This document shows, in pieces, positions 25,210 through 37,883 of a stretch of 64,000 nt of DNA. Source of the stretch: Carcharhinus longimanus. Taxonomy: Eukaryota. The notes under the pieces are model-generated. The model saw only the letters and a list, made by a program, of their open reading frames with translations, made no database searches and was not told the origin of the DNA. Each line of letters starts with the position of its first letter. Position 1 is the stretch's first letter. Position numbers and translations under genes: made by a program. Location of the stretch: positions 31,642,764 to 31,706,763 of the forward strand of contig JASCQW010000112.1 of assembly GCA_030264375.1 (NCBI GenBank), written 5' to 3'.

Positions 25210-26260
25210 ATATTTGATTTATTGTCACATATATTAGCATACAGTGAAAAGTATTGTTTCTTGTGCGCTATACAAAGCATATCGTACATAGGGAAGGAAA
25301 GGAGAGAGTGCAGAATGTAGAGTTACAGTCATGGCTAGGGTATAGAGAAAGATCAAAAGTCTGATGGCAGCAAGGAAGAAGCTGTTTTTGAGTTGTTTGG
25401 TATGTGTCCTCAGACTTTTTCCCGATGGAAGACAGGAAGGTGCTTTTCCGAGGCAGTGGGAAATGTAGACAGTGTCAATGGATGAGAGATTGGTTTGAAT
25501 GATGGACTGGGCTTCGTTTATGACCCTTTGTAATTTAGTGCAGTCTTGGACAGAACAGGAGCCAAACCAAGACGTGATACAACGGGAAAGAATGCTTTCT
25601 ATGTTGCATCTGCAGACATGCCAAATTTTCTAAGTCTCCTGAGAAAGTAGAGGCATTGGTGGGCTTTCTTAACCAGAGCATCTGCATGGAGGGACTAGGA
25701 CAGGTTGCTGGTAATCTGGACACCTAAAATCTTGAAACTCTCGACCATTTCTACTTCATCCCTATTGGTGTAGACAGCGCCATGCCCTCCACTACGCTTC
25801 CTGACATTGACAACAATTTCCTTCATTTTGTTGACATTGAGGGAAAGACTATTGTCTTGCACAAGTTCACCAGATTCTCTATCTCTTTCCTGTACTGTGT
25901 CTCGTCATTNNNNNNNNNNNNNNNNNNNNNNNNNNNNNNNNNNNNNNNNNNNNNNNNNNNNNNNNNNNNNNNNNNNNNNNNNNNNNNNNNNNNNNNNNNN
26001 NNNNNNNNNTTATTGAATGGCGGGGCAGGCTCGAAGGGCCAAATGGCCTACTCCTGCTCCTATTTCTTATGTTCTTATGTTCTTATCTAACCAACAACAG
26101 TGGTGTTATCAGCAAACTTGAAAATCAAGTTGAAGGGAATTTGGCCATGCAATCAGAGGTGTACAAAGAGTATAGTAAGAACTGAGGGTACAGCCTTGCA
26201 GAGTACTGGTGATGAGAATGATCATGGAGGTGGTGTTGTTGCCTATCCTTATTGACTGTA
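25210..26260 (-). mobile_element. Rex1/Babar-type non-LTR retrotransposon 3' part (contains gap)
   Basis: Antisense copy of the element at 48840-49580 and 58231-59160 (LYFLRRLRKFG region; aaatcaaat tail). Confidence 0.75.
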
Positions 26261-27123
26261 GTTAGCTTCACTGATCTGGCACTGGTTTGAATTTCACCAA
26301 GCTCCTTAGCTACACCAAACTATAAATAGGTCTCAGAGCTTGTTCTATGTCCCAACCCTTTTAGCACGGAGCCAGTGACCTTGTGCCAATCTCTCAGCTC
26401 CTGAGGCTGAGGCTTCAGGACTTCTCCTGACCTCTAACTGCGTAGAGCCACCAAACAACTCCTGGGACTTCTTCTGAGCCCCAAGCACACAAGAAGCAAC
26501 TCACAGCAACATTTTTGCTGCTGGAGTCTAGCCTGCTAACAGCAGCTCCTTTCTACTACGGCCTTTTCTCCCCCGATATAGAAAACTCACTCCTCCGGCA
26601 AACACGGATCAACTGAAGTTCTAGGACTTGAGCTCCACCCATTTCCATGGCAACATAGCTCTCCAGAGTTCATGAAGTTTAAATTAATTGTCACGAGAAC
26701 TTTCAAAACAAAACTATCTTCTCGGCTGCATTCTTTACAAGCAGTATACACACCTCAGCCAGAATTCTTCATCCTCACCTGCAACCGAGATTTTGCAGTC
26801 CCACTTCAGTAAACGGAGATTCGGTTAAGTGCCAAATTCTCTGTTCTCATTGGCAACAGGATGCAAGACTGGGAGAATTCCAGCCCTCACCTCGAATTCC
26901 CCACTGAAGCAAGTCTACAGGCTGTTTTACGATCTTACTTTTCTAGCTGTTAACACAGCCTCAACTTTCAAGTGGAATATTCTTCAAGTTGCTATAATTG
27001 AATTTATCCCATTTTCTACAATTAAACTTTATCAAACTTTAAACTACTTTTAAAATATTACTACAAACCATGAACAACATTTTTATAGCAAAATTGAAGT
27101 CTTTCCTATTTTCCTGTTTATTG

Positions 27124-27445
27124 GGCAGCACAGTGGCACAATGGTTAGCACTGTTTTCTCACAGTGCCAAGGGCCAGAGTTCGATTTCGGCTTTGGGTGA
27201 CCGTGTGTGGAGTTTGCATGTTCTCCCCATCTCTGCATGGGTTTCCTCGTTTCCTCCCACAGTCCAAAGATGTGCAGGCTAGGTGGACTGGCCATACTAA
27301 ATTGCCCTATAAGTGTCCAAAAATTTGCAAGTTATTTGCATTAGCCATAGGTTAAAGGGACAGGGTGGGAGAGTCCACCTGAGATAGATTCTCTTTTGGA
27401 GTGCTGGTGCAGACTCGAACTGAATAACCTCAGTCTGCATTGTAT
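27124..27445 (+). mobile_element. HE1/V-SINE-like tRNA-derived SINE
   Basis: ggcagcacagtggcacaatggttagcactg (A box), gagttcgatt (B box), V-domain gtgtggagtttgcatgttctcccc...cctcccacagtccaaagatgtgc. Confidence 0.8.
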
Positions 27446-27639
27446 GTTTCAGTACCCAATCGGCATCAAGAATTTATGGATTTGGTACAGCACAATTTTG
27501 AAGAATAAAACTTCTGCACTTCTTCCCAACTTATGCGCCCAGCCTTATTTGATTACTTTAAAATTGCTACATTAGCTATTCCTCAGTCCCTTGAGTGAAA
27601 TTGCCAATTTTATGCCAAATGAACAGCAATTTTGTATTG

Positions 27640-28300
27640 TGAACTCAATAGCTGACTGGTGATTGGTAAATTTAAATAACTTCAGAGACAAAAATACTCT
27701 AATCTTTCTACCAGTCATTTCAAATCTACGTCACTGGGTTATTGACCACTCAATTTTACACACCTTAACAAAATCTCAGTCTCCATTATTCCAAAGAAAA
27801 CAATCCCAACTTATCCAATCTTTTCTCAATAGCTAAAATTTTTGGCAACATCCTCCTAACCCTCCTCAGCATCCTCTCTATTGTGATCACATCCTTCGTG
27901 TAATGCAATATCCTGAACTGTATGGAGTCTTCTAACTGTGAACTAAATAGTGGTCTCTGCATCTCTAGCATATCCTCCCTATGCTGCTCTTGTGCCCTAT
28001 GCCTCAGACAATAAAGAGATGCATCTTGTATGTCTTTTTAACCACCTTGTCCATCTGTTTTGTTAACTTCAGGAAGAGAGGATATGCACTCCAAGGTCCC
28101 TATGTTCCTCGACACTTTTTAGAATTCTATAACCTCTATTGTATTCCTTTGCATTGTTTGACTTCCCCAAATGGATTACCTAATTTCTTCAGACTGAATT
28201 CCATTTGCCAATTTTATGCCCACCTAACCAGTCTACTGATATTTTCCTGCAGTTTAGTTTTCTTCCTCACCAATGACAATATTGACAATTTTCATATCAT
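27640..28300 (-). mobile_element. Degenerate CR1 3' fragment
   Basis: ORF 27786..27971 ends RLDKLGLFSLE. Confidence 0.65.
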
Positions 28301-28329
28301 CTTTAAAAAAGGCTCCCCTTGACCTCACT

Positions 28330-29200
28330 GACCATCCTGCCAGCCTGCATTTCCAACAAATTATATTGCAGTGTTCCTATCACCTCCAAACTCACCTTTT
28401 CCACCTGTTTTTAGCATTTGAAGGGTCCATTCCCTCTGTAAAACCCTAACCAAATTTCAAATGTTGCAAAAATCTCAAATCTCCCAAAAACCTCTCCCCG
28501 TTCTATGTCACATATCTATGCAAGTGTAGAACATACAAAGTCTATTCTTCTACCTTTTATCATCCTGGCCCCAGACTTTCCTTCCCAGTGCAACAGCAAT
28601 TTATGCTTATTTCTTTCAATTGACTATATACTGTATTCACTGCTTGCAAAAGATTCTGCTCTACATCAAGACAACAAAATGCAGATTGGGTGACCGCATT
28701 ACATTTAATCTGCAAGCATAGCTTCCAGTAGCCTTTTATTTTAATTCTCCACCTTGCTCTAATACTGATCTGTCATCATCTTGCAGAATTCCAATGAAGC
28801 TCAATGCAAGTTTGACCAATGGCACCTAAACTTTTGATTAGGCACGTCACAACAATTTCAGACCATAACCTCTTCCCCCATCTTGGGGTTTTGGTTTTTT
28901 TTTTCCCCTCCTTTTTCCTTTCAAATGGCAGCTGTTTATCATTCTGTCATTCACACCTTTTCTAGATACATCTTTCATTTCTTTACTTTACTATTCCTTT
29001 CAACATTACACCGCGAACACTCGCTATTTAATCTATCCTGTTTTCACAGTCCTTCCTATTTGTTCTTTTTCCCACCCTCACCCCTTTCACTCAAAACCTA
29101 TTTTTAACTTTTCTCAGATCTAATGAAAGATCAATCTGGAATTTTAACTCTATCACTCACCACAGATACTGCCTGAGCATTTCTTGCTTTTCCAACATTA
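28330..29200 (+). mobile_element. Degenerate Penelope-like element 3' end (GIY-YIG remnant + terminal repeat)
   Basis: Decayed YCI.C...LYI.TK.RLGDR-like GIY-YIG segment at about 28630-28700; pyrimidine-rich LTR ending cacagatactgcctgagcatt. Confidence 0.6.
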
Positions 29201-29424
29201 ATATAAAATCAAGAGCACTCTGATTTCTATTACGTAGGTCTACTGCATCTGTGGTTTGCAGTTCTACACACTGTATAAAACACCCCAAATCTAAACTTTT
29301 TTTTAATTTTTAGAATTTACTGGATGTGGGCATCGCTGGCTTGGCCAGCGTTCACTGCCTATCCCCGATATCCCTCAAGAAGGTGCCGGTGAGCTGCCTT
29401 CTTGAACTGCTGCAGTCCATGGTG

Positions 29425-29840
29425 TAGATACCAATGTTCGCTCTGTACGTGGTCTAAANNNNNNNNNNNNNNNNNNNNNNNNNNNNNNNNNNNNNNNNNN
29501 NNNNNNNNNNNNNNNNNNNNNNNNNNNNNNNNNNNNNNNNNNNNNNNNNNNNNNNNNNNNNNNNNNNNNNNNNNNNNNNNNNNNNNNNNNNNNNNNNNNN
29601 NNNNNNNNNNNNNNNNNNNNNNNNNNNNNNNNNNNNNNNNNNNNNNNNNNNNNNNNNNNNNNNNNNNNNNNNNNNNNNNNNNNNNNNNNNNNNNNNNNNN
29701 GAACTCTCCATTCACCTGACGAAGGGGCAAACCCCAAAAGCTTGCGAGTTTACTATCAAATAAATCGGTTGGACATAAACCTGGTGTTCTCAGATTTCTA
29801 ACTGTGTTTACCCCAGTCCAACACTGGCATCTCCACATCA
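29425..29840 (+). mobile_element. Penelope-derived element end (gap inside) with hammerhead-like core
   Basis: ttcacctgacgaaggggcaaaccccaaaagctt followed by the terminal ...ccccagtccaacactggcatctccacatca shared with other copies. Confidence 0.7.
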
Positions 29841-29849
29841 TGGAGAATG

Positions 29850-31625
29850 CGCCAGTTGATAGTGACTGACCAAGCACTGTTTGAAATTTAAACCAGGCAG
29901 TTTAACTCTGATAGGGCAATGCTTTGACCCAAATAATGAACCAGTGAATGACCATTGCTTATTTTGTTTAGCTAATTAGGTGTAATGCTTTTCAGACACC
30001 TGCTGTGTCTGAAAAGAACAGGACATAGCGATTTGCTTCCAGTACATGCAACTACGAGCCCGGCTGACAATCTTTAATTTTTAGCACATTGAGGATAATT
30101 TAGCAAATGTTGTCCAATTGTGGAATCACATCTAAAGTTGAACGCTATTCTGAGTTTTGAAAGCAAGAGCTAGTCAGGTATGTACTTTGCCCATTATAAT
30201 CAGTGGAAGGGACATTTTGTTTGATACAATCCATCAGTCTTTGGGGCAAATACCTTACATGGATAGCATCACATTGGTACTGAAATTCATATACTGCATT
30301 ACTCATTTGTGAGATAGGCACAATGTCTTTTTGCCTTGACAACAGCATCTTATTAGTGACGAATACCACTCATGCTGCTCTTGCATAGTAGCAGCACAAA
30401 ACATCTGTCTTCACTTATTGCTCAAATCTTTCAGATGCCTTGCCCTTCTAAGGCAATTGACATAGCCTGGGTACTTTTCAGGGCTGAACATGATGACCTT
30501 GGACTCATTCACAAGCTTGTGCAATATACAGCATGAAATGATCTGATCAAGGCAGCTAGCTGTATTTCACAGAATGTCTTTGATGCACCCTATTTCAGCA
30601 TCACAAGCATGCATGGTGAACAAATGACTTGAACCTTATTTACAAGGTTATCAATTAGGCCAATCTACCATGTGAATGGTAAGAATTCCAATATGTATAT
30701 TGATCAATAAAAATAGGTTTGCAGTATGCCATGGTAGAGGACCCTCTGATTAGATTTCACAACCAACACTTCAAGGAAAAGGTGTTAATTTGACTGCTCT
30801 ATTTCAAAGGTGAATTTGAGCGCAGGATGGATGGAACCCATTAAGACATGTAAGGAAGTTATGACTTGCTTATGGATTTATATATAGCATATTTATCATA
30901 CACATCAGAAGTATGCAATAAGGAGGAGGTTTGGTGTCAATTCATTGAAGACATGTTTCCCATGGAACCCAACAAAGATGTTAGCAAGTGTTGGGTTTAG
31001 AGAGTAACCCATGGCAACACTATCAATTTGGGCATTAATAGTCTTGTTAAATCTGAACTCAGTGTGTATTGCCAAGTTCATAAGCACAATAAATTCACTG
31101 ATTCAAACAATGGGGGCAGATCTAGATCATCATCCAGCACAAACAGCTGTGCTTGAAGTGAAACATTAGTTAATAAGCTAGAAATGTTCCAACCCCTGTT
31201 TATAAAATTCAGAGCAGTGTCCAACCTGATTCTGTGACTGGACCACATTTGCTAAATAATCCTCTGTTGTGCAAAAAATAACACTAACAACCAATTTAAG
31301 CTCGTCAGTCAGGCTCACAGTGAGGTGCATTTGCAAATACTGGAAGCTAAATATAATACATGGTGCCCTGTTCTTTGCAAATGGAAAGAACATGTTCACA
31401 CATTACACACATAACCATTCACTGGTTCATTCCACAGCCATTGCCTTGACCAGAGTCAAGCTGTATGTTTTTTTTTACATGGCAGGTGACTGTCAATGAC
31501 CGTCCACTGCTGCATTATTCATTGCAATGCATCTTCCTGAGTCAACTCGCCAACCAATTGGCACACTCTTCTCATAGTATAAAGTTGTTGCTCCCCATAA
31601 CAATGGTGTTCTTGTGATTTTCCTG
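29850..31625 (-). mobile_element. Penelope-like element (RT + GIY-YIG remnants) with inverted terminal copy
   Basis: QIDSVAMGYSLNPTLANIFVG (PLE RT) at 30905-31087; SNAVYEFQYQCDA (GIY-YIG) at 30145-30369; about 29850-30200 is repeated inverted at about 31190-31560. Confidence 0.8.
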
Positions 31626-32936
31626 AGCCAAAAAATGCATATTTAAAAAATAGGAACTGAATGTAAACTTAATCCACTATAATTATACCTTCCTGCTGCA
31701 GCACCTCTGCTGTGACACTTATCTGCACAACATGCAAAATTAATTAACAACAGCCACACAGGACCACAGACACCTCTCTCCATTAGATACAAGTGGTTAT
31801 ACATAGCTTGAGGGGCACCATTCCGCAAGTGCAGTCACAGTATTGTCGAGGAAATTCTATGCTTCAGCTAACTACTTTCCTAAATTTGGTGTTAAACTAC
31901 AAGGAGTAAAATAAATTAACGCATTATACAAAATAAAATGGAATCAACATACATCTAAACACACCACAGTCTAATTCCCCCCCATCTCAAGATGACATTC
32001 AGCCCTGGTTTCTCACGTGCAACAACACAGATGATCAGCTTCAATGCAAGAAACACAACGTTAACTATGTTAACATATGTTTAAAAGACAACTAATATTT
32101 ATATAACACCTTTCACTTGCTCAGGAAGTCCTAGTGCTTCATCAACCAACATTTTTTTCTTTGAATTGTAATCAATTATTACGTAGGGAAATGCAGCACC
32201 TAAATAGGCCACAGTTTAATGTAGCATTTGACAGATGGCGACTCTGACAATGCAGCACTTATTCAGTGTTAAAAGAACTGTCAGCCTTCTGTGGAGCTTG
32301 AACTCTCACTCAAGAGTGCTACCATAAAGTTAAGCTGACAACAGGCAACAAAAACAAAATCAAAGTCAAAAATCAAACAATTCTTTGGGGTACTGGAGTG
32401 GTGAAACTCACAGGAAAAACTCAAACCCAGCAAAAACAATGCTTAACCAATCTTTATCCCTATATTTTTAGAAGTAGACAATCTGCATGACTATTTCTTA
32501 ATGTAGATTTTTTATATTTTTTGAAACTTGTATTTTTAATCCATTGGACTGAGTGTGAAATTTACATGTTGCAAGTCACAAGTCACAAGTTAAGGGGATG
32601 TCCAGCCCAGAAATTAACTAGATTGATGACTTGGATGGGGTATAAGAAAATATTGAGTAGAATTAGTTATTATTCTCCTGAGTTTAGAAGGATGCAATTA
32701 TTGGTTCCTTGAGGGTGAGACTGAGGAATTAATAATGGGAAACAAGGCAATGGCACAGCCTTTGAATAAATATTCTGTATTCAACTTCACAGCAGAAGAC
32801 ATAAAAAATCCTCAGAATAATAGAAAATCTCTGAAGACAAAAAGGAGGGAAGAACTTAGTTACAACCACTGGAGAAAACTGGGAAAACTAATGGAACAAA
32901 TGGAAGGCTGACAAGTCCCTGGCCTGATGGCCTGCA

Positions 32937-34050
32937 TATGTGGCGTTGGACTGGGGTAAACACAGTAAGAAGTCTCACAACACCAGGTTAAAGTCCAACC
33001 AGTTTATTTGATAGTAANNNNNNNNNNNNNNNNNNNNNNNNNNNNNNNNNNNNNNNNNNNNNNNNNNNNNNNNNNNNNNNNNNNNNNNNNNNNNNNNNNN
33101 NNNNNNNNNNNNNNNNNNNNNNNNNNNNNNNNNNNNNNNNNNNNNNNNNNNNNNNNNNNNNNNNNNNNNNNNNNNNNNNNNNNNNNNNNNNNNNNNNNNN
33201 NNNNNNNNNNNNNNNNNNNNNNNNNNNNNNNNNNNNNNNNNNNNNNNNNNNNNNNNNNNNNNNNNNNNNNNNNNNNNNNNNNNNNNNNNNNNNNNNNNNN
33301 NNNNNNNNNNNNNNNNNNNNNNNNNNNNNNNNNNNNNNNNNNNNNNNNNNNNNNNNNNNNNNNNNNNNNNNNNNNNNNNNNNNNNNNNNNNNNNNNNNNN
33401 NNNNNNNNNNNNNNNNNNNNNNNNNNNNNNNNNNNNNNNNNNNNNNNNNNNNNNNNNNNNNNNNNNNNNNNNNNNNNNNNNNNNNNNNNNNNNNNNNNNN
33501 NNNNNNNNNNNNNNNNNNNNNNNNNNNNNNNNNNNNNNNNNNNNNNNNNNNNNNNNNNNNNNNNNNNNNNNNNNNNNNNNNNNNNNNNNNNNNNNNNNNN
33601 NNNNNNNNNNNNNNNNNNNNNNNNNNNNNNNNNNNNNNNNNNNNNNNNNNNNNNNNNNNNNNNNNNNNNNNNNNNNNNNNNNNNNNNNNNNNNNNNNNNN
33701 NNNNNNNNNNNNNNNNNNNNNNNNNNNNNNNNNNNNNNNNNNNNNNNNNNNNNNNNNNNNNNNNNNNNNNNNNNNNNNNNNNNNNNNNNNNNNNNNNNNN
33801 NNNNNNNNNNNNNNNNNNNNNNNNNGAACGGCGGGCAAGTATGTCCCAAAGCATGGTACACTGGGGAGACCATGCAGACACTATGACAAAGGATGAATGA
33901 ACATCGCTCGACAATCACCAGGTAAGACTGTTCCCTTCCTGTTGAGACTAGAACTCTCCACTCACCAGACGAAGGGCAAACCCCAAAAGCGTGTGGTTTT
34001 ACTATCAAATAAACTTGTTGGACTTTAACCTGGTGTTGTGAGACTTCTTA
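32937..34050 (+). mobile_element. Penelope-derived insertion with inverted terminal arms and 13-bp TSD (mostly gap)
   Basis: TSD ctgatggcctgca at 32924-32936 and 34051-34063; inverted arms; GIY-YIG remnant CPKAWYTGETMQTL at 33826-33886. Confidence 0.85.
33018..33825. other. Largest assembly gap; other N runs at ~5975-6074, 11956-12055, 12334-12343, 25910-26009, 29459-29700, 43175-43274, 55352-55451, 58051-58230
   Basis: Runs of N; several are exactly 100 nt, a common placeholder for gaps of unknown size. Confidence 0.98.
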
Positions 34051-36427
34051 CTGATGGCCTGCACCAAGGGTCTTAAAAGAAGCGGCTGCCTGGTTGGTTG
34101 ATACATTTGTTGCAATCTTCCAAAATTCCCTAGATTCTGGAAAGGTCCCAACAGATTACAAAACTACAAATCCAATACACCTCTGTTTAAGAAAGGAGAG
34201 AAATAAAGCAGGAAATTCTAGGTTGGTTAGCCTAATGCTTGTCACTGGGAAAATGCTAAAATCCATCATTAAGGAGGTAGTATTGGGACAGATAGGGAAT
34301 CAATGCTATCAGCCAATATCGACATGGTTTTGTGAAAGGGAAATTTATTCAGCAAATTTGGCTACAATACAGTTGCTCCCTTCATCCAAGTCTTTAATTT
34401 TCATATAATATTGCTAGTTGAAGCCCAGTACAGATTCTTGTAGCACTCAACTAGTTTCAGTTTGCCATCTTGTAAATGACCCATTCATCCCAGTTCTCTG
34501 TTTCTTGTTAGTTTGGCAAATCCTGTATTTATGCTGATATGATCTTGGGAGTGATCTAAGTCCTTACCTTGTGCAGAAACATTTTATTTGACATCTAATT
34601 GAACACTTTCTTGAAATCCAAATACATATCTACTGGTTCCCCTTTATCTTCTCTGCTTGTTATATCCTGCATACACATAGCAAGTAATTTGGAAGACAAA
34701 CAAAATGTTGGTCTTTAATGCGAAGGGGAACAGAGTATAAAAGTAGGAAAGTCTTGCAACATCTGTATAGGACAGAAGTGAGAACACATCTGGAGTAGTG
34801 TGCAGATTTGATCAACTTCGTCAAGGAGAAACACTTGGATAAGCAGTCCAGAGATGGTTCACTAGGAATTAGGATTTTTTGTATTATGGGGAAAGGTTAA
34901 GCAGATTTGGCCAATACTCTCACCAGTTTAGAAGAATGAGAGGTGATCTTATTGAAACTTACAAAGTTCTGAGGGTACTTGGCAGATTAGATGCTGAGAG
35001 AATGTTTTTTTCCCTGTGGCAGAATCTAGAACTAGGGTGCTCAGTTTAAAAAAGGATCTCCCATTTTATCTCTCAAAGAATCATTAGAGTTTGGAATTCT
35101 TTTTCCCAGTGAGCCATGGAGACTGGGTCATTGAATACGTTCAAGGCCAAGTTAGATTTTTGATTGACAATAGAGTCAAGGGTTACGGGGGAAGGCAGGA
35201 GAGTGAAGTTAAGGTCATAATTAGATTGGGCATAACCTTTTGAATGGTAAAGCAGGTTCATGGGGTCAAATTGCCCACTCCTGCTTCTATTTCATCTGTT
35301 ATGTAGATGATCTCATGGAGATGCATAAAATTCAGAAAGGGCGTGACAGACCTGATTTGGAGGTGTGTTAATTCAGCTCAACAATGTAGAACTAGAGGTC
35401 ATAGATTCAGCGCAGACATGCTATTGAATAGAATTTCTTCTCGAAGGGCAGTGAATCTTTGGAATTCTCTACTCATTGCACTGTAAAGCTCACTGAGTAT
35501 AACTAAGGTTGGGAATGCTAGCTTTTTGGGCTCTCAGGGAATCAAGTCATGTGCATAGGGTGGAAATGTGGATTTGATGCAAAGGTTGACCAAGATTTTT
35601 GTGAACTGTGGTGCAGACAGGGACTGCAAAATTTAGGCCTATTCCTTACTTTACATATTAAATATTAGGATGCTGGCATTATAAAGCAAATGAGTTGAGA
35701 GGCATGGGTACACCCAAGTAACGTTTTGCCTTTTGAGGAGAGTCGAGCATAAATTGTGAGATTGCCGTTAGATGTTATGACACACCGGTAGATGTAACTG
35801 TATGTTTTGACTATGCAAATTTTCTAGATAGGTGCAACAACTAATGTAACAATCATAAGGTACATAAAGGCAAACAGAAAGGGGCATTAGCTTCAAGAAA
35901 AATCGGAATAAATTACCATCATTTGAGTACTAAAATAAATAACTAGACATAATATTAGTGCAATACATTAGTCTTCTAATATGCTGCATCATGCATATCC
36001 AGGTATTGCCAATAATTCACCTCAGTTCGTTACTTATTTCAAAAAGGGTAGAAGGGTCATACGGAGGAAATAAAATGATTGCATTCACACCTCATTATCC
36101 AAAAGCAGAATTCAGAAACCAGAGAATAGGCTGCTTTTTGATAAGTTCATTTAAGAAAAACTTTTGAGATACAGAATATTCTACACTAACTGGGAATGAG
36201 GGGAACCAGAGACAATATGAATTGACAAAAGCATAGCCAAAAATTCCTATTTCACATTTTTGCTCTGGAACACAATTAATTCCCAATTGCTTAATCCATA
36301 ATTTATTTCAATCTGATCTGTGGGTCAAGCTTTTATTCAATATTTTCCACCTTTCTTAATTAAGTTAACCTTTCTCACAACAGGAGCACTGTTTTTCTTT
36401 TAAACAGCAACTTACTCCACTGTTTAC

Positions 36428-36629
36428 CAGATTTTGCCGTAGTCATAACATAGCCATCACTGCTAGATACAATCAGTGACTGAAGTTTTAAGACCTCTCC
36501 TGGTGATGACAGGTTACCTTCTGGTCTAGTTGCAGTAGAAACTTGGATGTAGGGTCCCACAGCAGCAACACGACCGGAGGTATTAGAGTGCGTCTGTGGT
36601 ACTGGTGTGCCATTAACTCGATTCAGCTG
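36428..36629 (-). CDS. PPP1R13B: ASPP1 exon (QLNRVNGTPVPQTHSNTSGRVAAVGPYIQV...TAKS)
   Basis: cttttccctttagCAG NAGNAG acceptor, gtaaac donor, 202 (or 199) nt, phase 0->1; RVAAVGPYIQ is conserved in ASPP1/2. Confidence 0.95.
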
Positions 36630-37883
36630 CTAAAGGGAAAAGCAGATTTGTTAAATAAACATCAATATCAGGTATGAAAAAAAGTTAACTGCTCTACCAC
36701 AGTAGACTTACATTCTCATAAATTTTTTTGACAAAGTTAATGATTATGTACAGCAACTAGCAGATCGCCTGTTACAATGAGCTGCAGTATATGTTATTGT
36801 AGGAGGATGGGAGGGAGGTAGGGAGAAACCAGGAATGTTGGGTGTCTAGTAGGATTTAATAGTAAAAGAAATTTCAGTGGGCTTGAACATAAAAGAGTGA
36901 AGTTAACAAGCAAGTTTGGATAGCTGCAACAATTGCTGCCCACAATCATACAGATACATGAAAGTGATCAGAAACAGGTATCAATTTAAAGAAAAATGAA
37001 AATAAATTACTGCAGTTTAAGAGATATTGAAATAAATAACATTAGGCACAATAGTGCAGTACATTGGTCTTCAAATGCAAATCCAATGGCCTAGCAGGGA
37101 ATTGATCTGTGGCTGGTAATCACTGGAAGAAGCAAGATATGTAGACAGCAATGGCAACAGTTGCCATGAGGAAAAGGTGAGACATCCAGGGTGGCCAACC
37201 CAGGAATTTTCCCATTGTCTACATAAACACATAAGAGTCGTAAGTGTATGTTACAAATTCCAGTATTTCAGACTGGCTGAAGAAACAATGTCATTTCACA
37301 AAGTAATTACTTGGTTTAATGTAGTTAATTTGTAAATACTACCACTTTAGGAAAAAAATGATTTGGTTGGTCTTGCCATCACTATTTACTGAACTTTCCT
37401 ACCTACCTAGAGAATGGAATTGGCTTCTGATTGGCTTGAATGTTCAATGACTAAATAAGAGCCAATCAGCACAGATAACTTAAAAAACTTATCTGAGCTA
37501 TTAGTGTTCTTTGCCCTGTGGGCACTTGTTAGGTATGATGCCATGAAAGATGCGACTAATAATGCACAATAGATAATTTTCAATTCTACAGATGATAAAG
37601 TGATTCCACCTTCAATATTTTATCACAATAGCTCACAGAAAAACAAAAGATGTAACAAAATAGCATAGTATTATCACTTATTAACAAAATAAAATTAGTT
37701 AAATCTTCACCTCTTAGAAAATGAATATTCACAATAAAAGTAAAAAACCAAATCTACTAAAAAGGATATTGTAAACATAAAACAGAGCAGTTCAGAACTG
37801 AAGTTCTTTCATTGCAGAACTGCGCACAATTTGTTCAATTACAGACAAAATGTTAGATTTAAAAATAGAAATCAGCTTCATAC

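Larger units (their letters stand above)
32600..35300 (+). mobile_element. Fragmented CR1 LINE (hosts the Penelope insertion)
   Basis: DKSPGPDGLH-like junction split by the insertion; IFQNSLDSGKVP..GNSRLVSL; RRMRGDLIETYK region. Confidence 0.7.

Noticed and set aside
24780-26760. Possible solo LTR interrupted by the Rex1 element
   Set aside because: Only a compositional impression; no TG...CA ends, TSD or second copy could be identified.
27124-27200. tRNA-like A/B boxes (also at 41241, 51497 and 62036)
   Set aside because: These are heads of tRNA-derived SINEs that continue into SINE bodies; they are not tRNA genes.
32975-34008. Long ORFs of about 290-330 aa
   Set aside because: Made almost entirely of N-gap codons; the same applies to ORFs spanning the other gaps.
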